Assembly (NCBI GenBank): GCA_044225365.1
Contig: JBGAIQ010000001.1
Coordinates: forward strand, 64,001-128,000
Source of the DNA: Planctomycetota bacterium
GTDB lineage: Bacteria > Planctomycetota > B15-G4 > JADJEK01
DNA length: 64,000 nt
Direction: 5' to 3'
The first letter of the stretch is position 1, and each line of letters begins with the position of its first letter. Below the pieces are notes generated by a model. The model saw nothing but the letters and a program-made list of their open reading frames with translations, did no database searches and was not told the DNA's origin. This document shows positions 1 to 10,308 of the stretch, one piece after another. Made by a program: the position numbers and the translations under genes.

Positions 1-1
1 A

Positions 2-2815
2 CGCACCCCGGAGGATGCCGAGATCACGCAACCCGGCACCGCGCTCGGTACGCCGCAGTACTTGTCGCCCGAGCAAGCGCGCAGTCCGCGCCGCGCCGGG
101 CCGCAGAGCGACGTCTACTCGCTCGGTGCGACGCTGTACCACATGATCACGGGCGAGCCGCCGCATCAGGGCGAGACGCTCGCCGAGGTGATCACCGCGA
201 TCCTCTTCGAGCCGGTGACACCGCCCGAGCAGCTCGTCCCCGATCTCGATCCCGCTCTGTCTCGCATCATCGCACGCGCGATGGCGAAGGACCGGAGCCG
301 GCGATATCACAACGTGCTCGAACTCAACGCCGATCTCGTGTCGTGGCTCGGCGGGCAAGCGGATTCGACGTCCGGCATCTCCTGGGACGACGCCGGTGCG
401 GCCCGATCGAACTGGTCGCGAGGAAAGAGGTGGGGAGTCGCGGCGCTCGTCGTCGGCGTCGTCGCGCTCGTCGTGGTTACGACGCTCGCGATCTCGAAGT
501 GGTCCTCGTCGCCCGAGTCGACCCCGCCGCGGCCTGTCGCGACGGCCATCGCCCCGATCGATCTTTCCGACGTTCGCAGTGGGAGGGCGACGTACGTCGA
601 AGCGATCCATCGGATCGAGTCCTTGCCGCTCTCCGATTCGCGACGGGAACCCGCGCTGCGAGAATTGATCCTCGATGCGGAGACCTTCATGACGACCGCG
701 GCTCACGGCGCCCGCGTCCGCGCCCTCCCAGAGATGTTCCGCGGCCAGTTCGAGCGGGCGCACGACCGCTTCGACGAGGACTACCGCAGTCGGATCTCGA
801 AGGTACTCGGCGAGGATCCTTCGACCATCCCCGAGCCCCTCGCGGCGGTCGTCGCGGCGGCATCGCTTGCCGAACATCGCGCGATCGACGCCGACGTGGC
901 CACGATTCGCGAGCGAGCGAGCGCCGCCTGCGAAGCCCTCCTCGCGGCGTATCGAGAATCGTTCACCGCGCAACTCGCGAGCGACCGACTCGACGAGGCC
1001 GACGAGATCGTGAAGAAGGTCCGGAGCGACATCCCGCAGACGCTGACATTGCGCTTCCAGACCGCGGTCGCCGATGCGCTGCACGGCGGAAGTCCCGATG
1101 GAACGAAGGATGTGACTCCGGCCGCCGATTGGCTCGCGAGCGAAATCGCGGCGTGGGAAGCGGCGGCGCTCGACCTCGAGAAGCGACGGGATTCGCGGCG
1201 GGAGGAAATCTCGTCCGCGGCGTGCACGGCGATCCGTGAGTTCGCGATCCCGGATTCGGATCCCACGCCGATCAGAGACGTCGAGACCAGCTTGCGGGCG
1301 ATCGTTCAAAGCAAGCTGGGGCCAACGGCCGCAGCGATTCGAACGCGCTGGCCGGAAGTCGAAGCAGCGATCGGTGCGCGGATCTCCGAGATCGATACGT
1401 CGCGCACCGAGGCGGCGGCGGCGCACCGCGCGGAGCAGGAGGCCGATCTCGCGAGTTCGTTGTTCGACGCCTTGTCGAAGGGCGATCTCGTCCTCGCGAA
1501 CCAACTCGCGGGCAGGTGGGTGCCCGCTCGCGACAGCGATCCACTCCTCGTGACGCTCCTGCTCGGCAAGGATGACTTCATCAAGGCCGAGAAGGCCGTC
1601 CTCGATGACTTCGAGTCGAACGTCGGCAAGGCGCAGCGGATCCGCATGCGATCACTCGAGTTGGCGGCGACGCTCGATTCGGTCGACCGCGCGGCGCGAA
1701 CGCTCGAGTTCACGAAGCCGAACTACAAGGTTCCGATCACGGATCTTGCGACCGACGAGTACGAGAGCCGGGCGGGTGCCGCGGCGACTCCGTTGTTCCG
1801 CACGCTCCTCCGACTGTTTCGGGGAGACGCGGACGGCGCGAGCGCGGCCGCGAGAGGACACGAGGACGAGCCATGGTTTCGCGGCGCGAGCGCGGCGATC
1901 GCCGACCTGGCGTCGAGCCTCGCGGGCAAAGCACGATCCGACGCCGCGGAAGCAGACGCACTCCTCGCGCAGTTCGAGGCCGCGACCGCGAAGAAGGATC
2001 TCGCCGCCGCCGCCGCCGCCGCGAGCAAGCTGCTGTCGAATCCTCGCCTCCATCACCTGCCGAAGGTGAAGGCCTCGCTGCCCGAGCTGAAGCGGGCTCG
2101 CGAATCCGGTCAGGCTGCGGCCGCGCGCGAGAAGAAGCGAGACAACGTTCGCGAAGCGTCCAGCGGGAAGGTGGAGTTCGAGACCGACGGTCGGGTTCAT
2201 TGGTCCTATTCGTTCGACGACCCAGCGGAGGCGAAGGACTTCGTCCTTCCCGGCAGCGAGTGGCGAGTGGGCGGAGGGCGACTGTCCTCGTTGTCGGAGC
2301 TCGAACGGGTCCCATCGGGTGGATCGATCGACCTGTTCCGCAACCGCACGGGGATCACGAAGCGACTGGGGATCCAAAGTGATCGCAGTTGTGAGGTCGA
2401 ACTCGAACTCGTGCTTCCTCTCGAGCCGGCGCCGGGACTCATCGGCATGCGCGTCTTCTCGACGTGCTTCTTGCTTCGCACGATGCCGGGCGGTGGGGGG
2501 CAGGTGAATTCGTGGCTGGGCGATCTCGACGACTTCCGCGACTACTTCTTCGATCCCGCGCTCGGGGAGACTCAGCCGAAGAAGCGCGGCGGCGGTTGGA
2601 AGTCGTTCGCGCTCGAACGCGGAAATCGATATCACGTCGCGATCGAGAGCTCGGGCGGCAGTGACGCGGAGTGGATCCTCCGCATCGAGGACAGCGAGGT
2701 GTATCGCTGGAAGCCCAATGGCGAGCCCCGCGCGACGAATCTCGAGTTCCGAACGGAGATGCCGTGCGAGATCGACGCCATCTCCATCCGCGGCTACGTG
2801 GCGGGAGTGAAATGA
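2..2815 (+). CDS. Membrane-anchored Ser/Thr protein kinase, 5'-truncated by the window edge
   Basis: Frame is open from base 2. Hanks kinase subdomains VIII-XI (GTPQYLSPEQ, SDVYSLGATLYHMITGEPP, R in DRSRRY), then a TM helix (WGVAALVVGVVALVVVTTLAI), a long helical region and a beta-rich C-terminal domain. Confidence 0.9.
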   Translation, partial: RTPEDAEITQPGTALGTPQYLSPEQARSPRRAGPQSDVYSLGATLYHMITGEPPHQGETLAEVITAILFEPVTPPEQLVPDLDPALSRIIARAMAKDRSRRYHNVLELNADLVSWLGGQADSTSGISWDDAGAARSNWSRGKRWGVAALVVGVVALVVVTTLAISKWSSSPESTPPRPVATAIAPIDLSDVRSGRATYVEAIHRIESLPLSDSRREPALRELILDAETFMTTAAHGARVRALPEMFRGQFERAHDRFDEDYRSRISKVLGEDPSTIPEPLAAVVAAASLAEHRAIDADVATIRERASAACEALLAAYRESFTAQLASDRLDEADEIVKKVRSDIPQTLTLRFQTAVADALHGGSPDGTKDVTPAADWLASEIAAWEAAALDLEKRRDSRREEISSAACTAIREFAIPDSDPTPIRDVETSLRAIVQSKLGPTAAAIRTRWPEVEAAIGARISEIDTSRTEAAAAHRAEQEADLASSLFDALSKGDLVLANQLAGRWVPARDSDPLLVTLLLGKDDFIKAEKAVLDDFESNVGKAQRIRMRSLELAATLDSVDRAARTLEFTKPNYKVPITDLATDEYESRAGAAATPLFRTLLRLFRGDADGASAAARGHEDEPWFRGASAAIADLASSLAGKARSDAAEADALLAQFEAATAKKDLAAAAAAASKLLSNPRLHHLPKVKASLPELKRARESGQAAAAREKKRDNVREASSGKVEFETDGRVHWSYSFDDPAEAKDFVLPGSEWRVGGGRLSSLSELERVPSGGSIDLFRNRTGITKRLGIQSDRSCEVELELVLPLEPAPGLIGMRVFSTCFLLRTMPGGGGQVNSWLGDLDDFRDYFFDPALGETQPKKRGGGWKSFALERGNRYHVAIESSGGSDAEWILRIEDSEVYRWKPNGEPRATNLEFRTEMPCEIDAISIRGYVAGVK

Positions 2816-2816
2816 G

Positions 2817-4724
2817 ATGATCCTCGCCAAGTCGCTTCACAAGGCACTCTTCTTCGTCACCCTCTTCTGCGCTGTTCCGCGATCGTGGGCGGCCGACGGG
2901 GTCGACGACCCTGCGCGCCCCGCTCTGCCGCCGTGGATCGCTGGGCTCTCCACGCGAACGGCGGCCGATCGCGAGGGGGCTTTCGCCGACCTCCCGCATC
3001 ACATGCTCGATCCCCGCGAGCTGAAGGTCCTGCTCGCGGCGGCACAGAACGATCCCGAGGTCGAGGCTCGTGCCGCGGCGGCATCGATGGCAACGCCGGC
3101 GCTCGCGCCGCTGCTCGCTCAGGTCGCCCGGGGCGCGCCGGACGGCTCGGCCGCCGAGGCGGCGATGGCGCGAAAATGGCTCGTCGGTCTCGTTGCGACG
3201 GAGATCGCTCGCCGCGCTCCACTCGAACGACTCACCTCGCGCGCCGTACGCGTCAAATTGTTCTCGGACGGAGTCGTGAGCGGAGCGAGTTGGCCTCTCG
3301 TCGGCGCCCTCTCGTTGCAGCGGGCGATCGCGATGCTGGATCGCCACGCGCACCTCGAGTCGCGACTCGTCCTCGATCCCACGCTGAGGCCGCTCGACCT
3401 GCCACCGGTCGAGGGACTCGAGTTCCTGCCGACCACGGCGGGAGGACTCCTCAAGCGACTCCTCGAATCCCGCGGCCTGCGGATGGTCGACGTGGGTCTC
3501 TTCTCGGTCGTGACCTCGACGCAGACCGAGCAGGCGATCTCCGACGAACGCGAGAAGCAGAGCGAGACGCGCGAAGGGGTCAGGATCGAACTCGGATCGG
3601 CGCGGTTCCTCGTCGATCTCCTCGTCGGTCCCGCGCCCGCCGATCCCGTGACTCGCTTCTTCGTCTGGCGAGCGCTCGCATTCCAAGGTGCAGCGGAAGC
3701 CGCGGGCCGGGCCGAGGCCGATGCGGTGCACGATCTCGATCTCTCGATGCTCGCAGCCACCGCGCGAACGGCGAGCGCGGCGTTCGTGCGCAAGACGATC
3801 GAGGTCAGTTGCGGAGCGAGCGAGGCCGCCGTCGATGCTCTCGTTCAGGAGATCGAAGTCGGAGGTCCCGACGAGGCGTTCGCCGCGGTCTTCGACGAGC
3901 TTCGAACGAGCCCGGTCCCGCGTGCGCGGGCTGCGGCACTCGGATTGTTCCTGCGTGCGAGTGACCGAGGATCCGCGATCTTCCTGCGATCCTTCCTCGA
4001 GGACGAGACGCCTGTGGTCCGTCGACTCGTGCTCACCGCGCTCCTTCGAGGCGACGGTGTGGAGCAGGGGGACTTCGTCGATGCGTCGACGCCGAAGACG
4101 ATGGACTCTCTCGCACGAAGTCTCTCGGACGACGTCCTCGCGCGTCCGAGCCTCGCCGCGTGGCTGCATCGCGAGCGCTCGCCGCGGCCTCTCTGTCCCA
4201 CAGAGGCCCGATTTCGATCGACGATCCTCTCGCGGAGCCCCACCCTCGCGGCGTTCGACTTCGGACTGCGCTTTCACAGCGCCACACCCACGGAGCTGAG
4301 ACAAGTGAGCGGCGACCAGGGAGCGAACTTCCTCCTCGGCGCAGCGCTCGGCTCGATCGATGGTGGGTGCGCGAGCCCGGCGGTGGCCCGACTTGCGGTC
4401 GAGCGACTCGGGGCGGACCCCGCCCTCGCAACGGTCGCGCTCTCTCGCTGCGGTCGACCGCAGGAATACCAGGTGGGAGCCGATCGCATCGGGAGCTTCG
4501 ATGAACGGACGGCGCGCGCCCTGATCTCCTTCGCGGGGATCGAACACGCATCCGGTCGCGATGAGTTGGCGAGCGCGATCTACGCAGCGCTGCGGCAATC
4601 CAAGTCGCAGAACCGACTCGGTGTGGCGCTCTACAAAGAGATCGACGCCGTCCTCTCCGCGAGCGACTGCGGCGATCTCGATCTCGTCGAGGAATGGGAG
4701 CTCGGAACGATCACGAGCGGTTGA
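2817..4724 (+). CDS. Hypothetical exported alpha-helical (HEAT-like) protein
   Basis: ATG 1 nt after the kinase stop. Signal peptide ending SWA-AD; HEAT-like motifs (NDPEVEARAAA, LEDETPVVRRLVL). Confidence 0.65.
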   Translation: MILAKSLHKALFFVTLFCAVPRSWAADGVDDPARPALPPWIAGLSTRTAADREGAFADLPHHMLDPRELKVLLAAAQNDPEVEARAAAASMATPALAPLLAQVARGAPDGSAAEAAMARKWLVGLVATEIARRAPLERLTSRAVRVKLFSDGVVSGASWPLVGALSLQRAIAMLDRHAHLESRLVLDPTLRPLDLPPVEGLEFLPTTAGGLLKRLLESRGLRMVDVGLFSVVTSTQTEQAISDEREKQSETREGVRIELGSARFLVDLLVGPAPADPVTRFFVWRALAFQGAAEAAGRAEADAVHDLDLSMLAATARTASAAFVRKTIEVSCGASEAAVDALVQEIEVGGPDEAFAAVFDELRTSPVPRARAAALGLFLRASDRGSAIFLRSFLEDETPVVRRLVLTALLRGDGVEQGDFVDASTPKTMDSLARSLSDDVLARPSLAAWLHRERSPRPLCPTEARFRSTILSRSPTLAAFDFGLRFHSATPTELRQVSGDQGANFLLGAALGSIDGGCASPAVARLAVERLGADPALATVALSRCGRPQEYQVGADRIGSFDERTARALISFAGIEHASGRDELASAIYAALRQSKSQNRLGVALYKEIDAVLSASDCGDLDLVEEWELGTITSG

Positions 4725-4751
4725 GCGTACCGCGACGACCCACGCGGATCG

Positions 4752-6797
4752 TCATTTCTGCTGTTGGGCCGGGGGCACGGTGAGCGTCACGTCGGTCGCC
4801 ACGCCATCGCGGACCACCACGGTTTTCTCGGTCTTGCTCGCGAGCATTGCGGCGAGCAGCGGATTCACCGGCTGCCCATCGACTTGCTCCGCCATCAGAG
4901 AGAGCTTCCACTCGCCCGGCGGGAGGTTCGTGAGGATGAAGCGGCCATCGTAGTCCGGCTTCCGCGTCTGCTGTGAACCGAGCGCGGCGGTCTGGGAGGC
5001 GGGATTGTTCGGGTCGGGGACGAGGCTCGCCGTGATCGAACCATCGAAGAACGGCTTTCCCGACTGATCCACGCACCGACCGTGGATCTCGCCACCCGAG
5101 CTCAAGGTCACGATCCCGATGTCCGTCACCTGACCCTCGGTGAGCGCGACTTCCGGCTTCGTCACGGCGGTGAAACCCATCGCCTTGACCGAGATCTGGA
5201 TCGGAGAACTCGTTGCATCGAGGTGTTCGATGAGGAACGAGCCATCCTTGCGGGTGCGGGCCTTCTGGATTCGCGGGGCAGCCGACCCCGGCATCTCGGC
5301 GAAGATCTTGGAGAGGAAGTTGTCTTGGTAACCGTTCTCCTCGACGTTCACTTCCGCGCCGGCGACCGGTTCGCCCTTCGAACTCATCACGCGTCCGGAG
5401 AGGCCGCCGCCTTGGCGCAGGATGATCTCGATGTTCTCCGTCGGGTGATCGCGATCGACGAAGAACTTCGCGGAGGACGAGGGAGCAAAGCCGTCGACCG
5501 TGGCTTCCATCTCGTACTGACCGGGTTCGACGTCGACGAACTCGAACGAACCGTTCGCGGAGTTGAATGATTGCGTCTGATTCGTGGGCCAGGCCTTGTC
5601 CTCGCGCACCGCCTTCAGCATGAGTTGGAATCGCGTCGCTGCGCGACCCGTCGCGTCGTGCGTCTTGCCCCGAACGATGCCGCGCGACTCGAGCTGGACC
5701 CGCACGTCATTGGCGTCCGCGGGGAATTGACCGACGAGCTTCTGGCTGAAGCCCTTCTTCTGCGCGGTGAGCTGATACGTGCCTTCGCCGAGGCTTGCGA
5801 GCTCGAACGTGCCGTCGCCCTTCGACTGGACGTTGCTGCGCGACGAGGGAGCGTTCGGCGCCTGGTTGATCTGGTCGCCTTCGATTCGTACGTCGGCGAT
5901 CGGGGTGCCGCGCGCATCGGTCACGACACCTCGAATCGAATGGGCCGCAGGCATGTCGAAGTTGAAGATCCGATTTCCCTCGGCCGGAGCCTGCAGGAAG
6001 ATCTGCTGCTCCCGCTTCACTTGAGTCGCGTGACCAGCCGCGGAGCAGACGAGCTCGAACGAGGTGAAGTGAACCGTCTTGATCTCGTAGTTGCCGTTCG
6101 CGTCGGTCGTCACCGACGCCCACGGCTTCTTCTGCGACGCGTCGAGGTAGTTCGTGTTGAGGATGTCCCACAGTTCGACCGTCGCTCCGGCGAGCGGAGT
6201 CTGTGTCACGAGCGAGTTGACCATTCCCTTCAGGGTGGATCCCGGAGTCAGCACGATCTCGGGGACGACGCTCTCCCCTTTGCCGAGCGCACTGATCAGG
6301 CGTTCACCCTGCGCGTAGTCGGGGTGACTCGCGGTGATCACGTAGTTCGTGCCGGCGGCGATGTCCTCGAGCACGTAGTTGCCATCGGCGTCCGTCTTCG
6401 CCGAGAAGCCCGTCGGCTTGTGCGACATGATCGTGCGCATCACCGGATTCGCCGGCCCGAAGTAGAGAGTGACGTTCGCGTTGGGAATCCCCTGGTTCGA
6501 CTTGTTGACCACCCGTCCCGCGATCGTCGAGTTGCCCATCGCGTTCTCGTCCTGCGATTTCGCGACGGTGCGCACCGGTTCACGAACCGTTCCGTCCGGC
6601 TCGGCCTTCCCGGTCTCCCCGACCTGAGGCGCTTCGACCTCGGGCGTCGATCCCGGATCCTTCGGATCTTTCTTCCCAGCGGTGGTGGGTCCGCTCGAAT
6701 TCGAGTCCTTGCTCCCGGAGAAGAGCCCGCTCATGACGGCGGCGCCGGCTCCGAGAAGGACGATCAATACCACGGCGAGTGCGGTCGACGGTTTCAT
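4752..6797 (-). CDS. Membrane-anchored protein with tandem carboxypeptidase-regulatory-like (beta-sandwich) domains
   Basis: Start chosen at MKPSTALAVVLIVLLG. Repeated GxVxxxxGxPI/VxxAxV...TDxxGxY/F units, about 6 copies. Confidence 0.8.
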   Translation of the reverse strand: MKPSTALAVVLIVLLGAGAAVMSGLFSGSKDSNSSGPTTAGKKDPKDPGSTPEVEAPQVGETGKAEPDGTVREPVRTVAKSQDENAMGNSTIAGRVVNKSNQGIPNANVTLYFGPANPVMRTIMSHKPTGFSAKTDADGNYVLEDIAAGTNYVITASHPDYAQGERLISALGKGESVVPEIVLTPGSTLKGMVNSLVTQTPLAGATVELWDILNTNYLDASQKKPWASVTTDANGNYEIKTVHFTSFELVCSAAGHATQVKREQQIFLQAPAEGNRIFNFDMPAAHSIRGVVTDARGTPIADVRIEGDQINQAPNAPSSRSNVQSKGDGTFELASLGEGTYQLTAQKKGFSQKLVGQFPADANDVRVQLESRGIVRGKTHDATGRAATRFQLMLKAVREDKAWPTNQTQSFNSANGSFEFVDVEPGQYEMEATVDGFAPSSSAKFFVDRDHPTENIEIILRQGGGLSGRVMSSKGEPVAGAEVNVEENGYQDNFLSKIFAEMPGSAAPRIQKARTRKDGSFLIEHLDATSSPIQISVKAMGFTAVTKPEVALTEGQVTDIGIVTLSSGGEIHGRCVDQSGKPFFDGSITASLVPDPNNPASQTAALGSQQTRKPDYDGRFILTNLPPGEWKLSLMAEQVDGQPVNPLLAAMLASKTEKTVVVRDGVATDVTLTVPPAQQQK

Positions 6798-7033
6798 GGG
6801 ATCTCTCGAGGCACCTGGTCGAATGGAACGAGCACGAAGGAGCGTGAGACGCGAAGTCGGGTACAACCTTGCGAAACAATCTGAGCTCGCCCAGCGTAGC
6901 AGTCGAATGGGTGCATTCGAGCCCCACCCGCGACACCGTGGGAGGCGGCACGAATGCCGGACTTTCAGCGCAAGGAACTCGTCGCAAACCGATTATCCTC
7001 AACGGTTCGCCACGAGAGGACTTTTTCGGAATA

Positions 7034-7049
7034 TGGCACGGTCCTTGTT
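7034..7049 (+). promoter_or_regulatory. Sigma54-like -24/-12 element with variant -12 box (TGGCAC-N5-TTGTT)
   Basis: TGGCACGGTCCTTGTT ends about 62 nt upstream of the ATG at 7112. The -24 box is perfect; the -12 box has GT instead of the canonical GC. Confidence 0.35.
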
Positions 7050-7111
7050 AAGCGTGGTGGGTACGGGTCGCATCGCGACGATTCGTCGTAGAGCGCCCGG
7101 GAGCATGAATC

Positions 7112-7864
7112 ATGTTGGCGTATTTCGGCTTCTACGGGATCCAAGGGCCTTGGCTCATTCCAAGTCTCTTGATCCTGCTGCTGTCCTTCTGGGCGCAGAT
7201 GCGGGTCCAATCGGCGATCGCGCGCTACGGCGCCATCCGTTCGCGGAGCGGTCATACCGGCGCGGACGTCGCGCGGATGCTGCTCGAGGCGCGCGGCATC
7301 ACGGACGTCAAGGTCGAGCGCGTCGGCGGGTTCCTCTCCGATCACTACGACCCGACGACGAAGACCCTGCGCCTCTCCGAGGTGAGCTACGACTCGGATT
7401 CGATCGCGGCGATCGGCGTCGCGGCGCACGAGACCGGTCACGCCTTCCAGCACGCCGACGGCTACGCGTGGCTCGGCATGCGTAGCGCCCTCGTCCCGCT
7501 CGTCAACCTCGGCAGCACCCTGCTGCCGTTCCTCATGATGTTCACGATCGGGTCCTTGTACTTCACTGGATTCGGCTCGCATCACGCCAGTTCTCCGCCG
7601 GGCATCCTCGCGTATCTCCTCGTGTCTGCGCTCGGCGCGATCGCGCTCTTCTCCCTCGTCACGCTGCCCGTCGAGATCGATGCGTCGCGACGCGCACTCG
7701 TCACCATCGGGGCCGCAGGTATCCTGGAGGAAGGCGAGGAGCTCGAAGGCGCTCGTCACGTTCTCACCGCGGCGGCCTGGACCTACGTCGCGGCGGCGAT
7801 CCACGCCGTCTTCGAACTCTTGAGATGGTCCTCCATCCTGTTCGGACGGCGGCGGAATGACTGA
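7112..7864 (+). CDS. Membrane zinc metallopeptidase (YugP / Zn_peptidase_2 family)
   Basis: LSDHYDP, AAHETGHAFQH (HExxH), TLPVEIDASRRA and AAAWTYVAA family motifs. Confidence 0.9.
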   Translation: MLAYFGFYGIQGPWLIPSLLILLLSFWAQMRVQSAIARYGAIRSRSGHTGADVARMLLEARGITDVKVERVGGFLSDHYDPTTKTLRLSEVSYDSDSIAAIGVAAHETGHAFQHADGYAWLGMRSALVPLVNLGSTLLPFLMMFTIGSLYFTGFGSHHASSPPGILAYLLVSALGAIALFSLVTLPVEIDASRRALVTIGAAGILEEGEELEGARHVLTAAAWTYVAAAIHAVFELLRWSSILFGRRRND

Positions 7865-8525
7865 AGCGAACGACGGCGCAGAATCGCCACCGCTTTCGGA
7901 GCAGAGTCTCGGCACGTTCCTCGACGGCTGCGCGGCGAGGACCCCGACTCCGGGCGGCGGCGCCGGATGCGCCGTCGTCGCCGCGATCGGCGCGGCGTTC
8001 GGCGCGATGGCCGCGCGCTACACCGAGGGACGCAAGGGAAGCGAGCCGCACGCTCGAGCGGTGGCCGCGGGGATCGCAGCGCTCGACATCGCCCGCACGG
8101 CGCTGCTCGATCTCGCGCAGCGCGATGTCCACGCCTACGCCGGGTTCGATCGTGCGCGACGCCTCAAGAAGAGCACATCCGACGAGGCGCGCATCCGGAC
8201 GCACGCGATGCAGAAGGCGGCGCGCGAGTCGGCGAACGTACCGCTCGCTGCGATCCGTATCACTGCCGACGCCCTCGACGCCATCTCGGCGATCTCTCCT
8301 CATCTCAATCCACACCTCGCGAGCGATACGGGTGTGTCCGCGATCCTGTTGAAAGCGGCATTGCGCGGCCTGCTGCTCAACGTCGAGGTCAACCTGACTT
8401 CGCTTCCTGCCGATGAAGCGGATCGACTTCGCAAGGAAGCGAACGAGATCGTGTCCCGCGGCGAATGGGCCGCACAATCGACGCTCGCCGACGCCAAGGC
8501 GGCGATGCGGGGAGAGATCCTCTGA
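7857..8525 (+). CDS. Cyclodeaminase/cyclohydrolase family protein (FTCD_C)
   Basis: TPTPGGGAG motif, NPHLASD and LLNVEVNL. Confidence 0.85.
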   Translation: MTEANDGAESPPLSEQSLGTFLDGCAARTPTPGGGAGCAVVAAIGAAFGAMAARYTEGRKGSEPHARAVAAGIAALDIARTALLDLAQRDVHAYAGFDRARRLKKSTSDEARIRTHAMQKAARESANVPLAAIRITADALDAISAISPHLNPHLASDTGVSAILLKAALRGLLLNVEVNLTSLPADEADRLRKEANEIVSRGEWAAQSTLADAKAAMRGEIL

Positions 8526-10075
8526 TGACGAAGCGCCCGCTCGCTCTCATCGTGCTCGACGGCTTCGGCGACGGCCCGAAGACCGCTTCGAATGCGATCC
8601 ACGTCGCTCGGCCGAAGTACATCGAGGAACTCGAGGCGCGGTATCCCCGTGGCCAACTCTTCACGAGCGGCGAGTGCGTCGGTCTCCCTGCGGGCCTCAT
8701 GGGCAACTCGGACGTGGGGCACATGAACCTGGGTGCGGGACGCATCGTGTGGCAGGACCTCGTTCGCATCGATCACGCGATCCGTGACGGGCAGCTGCGC
8801 TCGAATCCCGCGCTGGTCGGCGCGGCGGACGCCATCCGCGGCAAGCCCGGCAGTCTCCATCTCATCGGGCTCCTCTCCGACGGCGGCGTGCATTCCTCGG
8901 ACCGACACCTCGCGGCGTTGATGTCGTTGTATCGCGATCTCGGTGTCGCGAGCGATCGCTGCTTCGTCCATGCGCTCCTCGATGGGCGAGACACGCCTCC
9001 GAATTCGGCGCCGGGATACATCGCCGCGCTCGAAGACCAGATGAGATCCGCGAAGTTCGGATCGATCGCGAGCGTTTGCGGGCGCTACTTCGCGATGGAT
9101 CGCGATCAGCGTTGGGAGCGCGTCGAAAAAGCCTATCGCTGCCTCGTCGAGGGAATCGGCGAGACGGCGAACAGCGCGAGCGAAGCGGTCGCGATGGCCT
9201 ACGCCCGCGGCGAGACCGATGAGTTCGTGTTGCCGACCATGATCGGCGCTCGCGGCCGAGGTCGCATCCAGAGCGGCGACGCCGTGGTGTTCTTCAACTT
9301 CCGCGCGGATCGCGCGCGGGAGATCACGCTCGCCTTCCAGGATCCCGAGTTCAACGGCTTTGCTCTACCGGCGCCGCGGCCGCAGGTGTACTTCGCGTCG
9401 CTCACGCGTTACCGCAAGGACTTCCCCGACCTCCACGTCCACGACGCGTTCCCGCCGCAGTCGTTCCAGAACATCCTGACGCAGGTCCTGGCCGCGCGAG
9501 GCGTTTCGCAGTTGCGGATTGCCGAGACGGAGAAGTACGCGCACGTCACGTACTTCTTCTCCGGCGGCGTCGAAGCGACGGTCGCGAAGGAGGAGCGGGT
9601 GATGATCCCGTCGCCCAAGGTGGCGACCTACGATCTGAAACCAGAGATGAGCGCTCCCGAAGTGACGAGTCGACTCGTTTCCGAGATCCAGCGGGAGGTC
9701 CACGACGTCATCGTCCTCAATCTCGCGAATCCCGACATGGTGGGACACAGTGGCAAGCTCGACGCGGCAGTGCTCGCCGTGAAGGCCGTCGATACCGCGC
9801 TCTCGAAGATCGTGCCCGAGATCCTGAAGCGCGATGGGGCGGTGCTCCTCACGGCCGATCACGGGAATTGCGAACAGATGTGGGACGACGTGAACGATTG
9901 TCCTCACACCGCGCACACGACGAATCCCGTTCCGCTCGTGATGATCGGCGAGCGCTTCCGCGGCAAGCGGCTGCGCGAAGGCGGGGTCCTCGCTGACGTG
10001 TCGCCGACCATGCTCGAGATCCTCGGGATCGAGCAACCCGCGGAGATGACCGCCACGTCGCTCTTCGCCCGTTGA
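8525..10075 (+). CDS. gpmI: 2,3-bisphosphoglycerate-independent phosphoglycerate mutase
   Basis: LIVLDGFG, MGNSDVGH, SDGGVHS, AETEKYAHVT, NPDMVGH, TADHGN and HTAHT motifs. TGATG coupling at 8523-8527. Confidence 0.97.
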   Translation: MTKRPLALIVLDGFGDGPKTASNAIHVARPKYIEELEARYPRGQLFTSGECVGLPAGLMGNSDVGHMNLGAGRIVWQDLVRIDHAIRDGQLRSNPALVGAADAIRGKPGSLHLIGLLSDGGVHSSDRHLAALMSLYRDLGVASDRCFVHALLDGRDTPPNSAPGYIAALEDQMRSAKFGSIASVCGRYFAMDRDQRWERVEKAYRCLVEGIGETANSASEAVAMAYARGETDEFVLPTMIGARGRGRIQSGDAVVFFNFRADRAREITLAFQDPEFNGFALPAPRPQVYFASLTRYRKDFPDLHVHDAFPPQSFQNILTQVLAARGVSQLRIAETEKYAHVTYFFSGGVEATVAKEERVMIPSPKVATYDLKPEMSAPEVTSRLVSEIQREVHDVIVLNLANPDMVGHSGKLDAAVLAVKAVDTALSKIVPEILKRDGAVLLTADHGNCEQMWDDVNDCPHTAHTTNPVPLVMIGERFRGKRLREGGVLADVSPTMLEILGIEQPAEMTATSLFAR

Positions 10076-10106
10076 GGAGCGATCCGTCGGGAGTCGCGAA
10101 TTTGGC

Positions 10107-10136
10107 TTGGAAACCCCGAAGTCCTGCCGCTACGAT
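10107..10136 (+). promoter_or_regulatory. Putative sigma70 promoter of tRNA-Ala
   Basis: TTGGAA-N18-TACGAT ending about 30 nt upstream of the tRNA. Confidence 0.35.
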
Positions 10137-10165
10137 TTCGCGCTCTCTCGGACGCAATGTACTGT

Positions 10166-10241
10166 GGGTGCGTAGCTCAGCTGGGAGAGCGCTACGTTCG
10201 CAACGTAGAGGTCGCCAGTTCGATCCTGGTCGCATCCACCA
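10166..10241 (+). tRNA. tRNA-Ala (anticodon CGC)
   Basis: Acceptor GGGTGCG/CGCATCC with the G3:U70 alanine identity pair. Anticodon arm CTACG-TTCGCAA-CGTAG, T-loop TTCGATC, encoded CCA. Confidence 0.96.
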
Positions 10242-10256
10242 AGACTTATGATCGCG

Positions 10257-10308
10257 GAAGGAACCGCGCGGCAGCCCCGCTTCTTATGGGGCTTCGCGCG
10301 GTTCCTTC
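10257..10308. terminator. Strong hairpin between the convergent tRNA-Ala and RND genes (probable bidirectional terminator)
   Basis: GAAGGAACCGCGCG (10257-10270) pairs perfectly with CGCGCGGTTCCTTC (10295-10308), plus inner AGCCCC/GGGGCT. Overlaps the last RND codons. Confidence 0.6.

Noticed and set aside
2439-4598. Long antisense or alternate-frame ORFs (also 27613-29706, 30572-32923, 59312-61444 and many others)
   Set aside because: They are Arg/Ala-rich shadows of well-supported genes, expected in high-GC DNA, with no family motifs.
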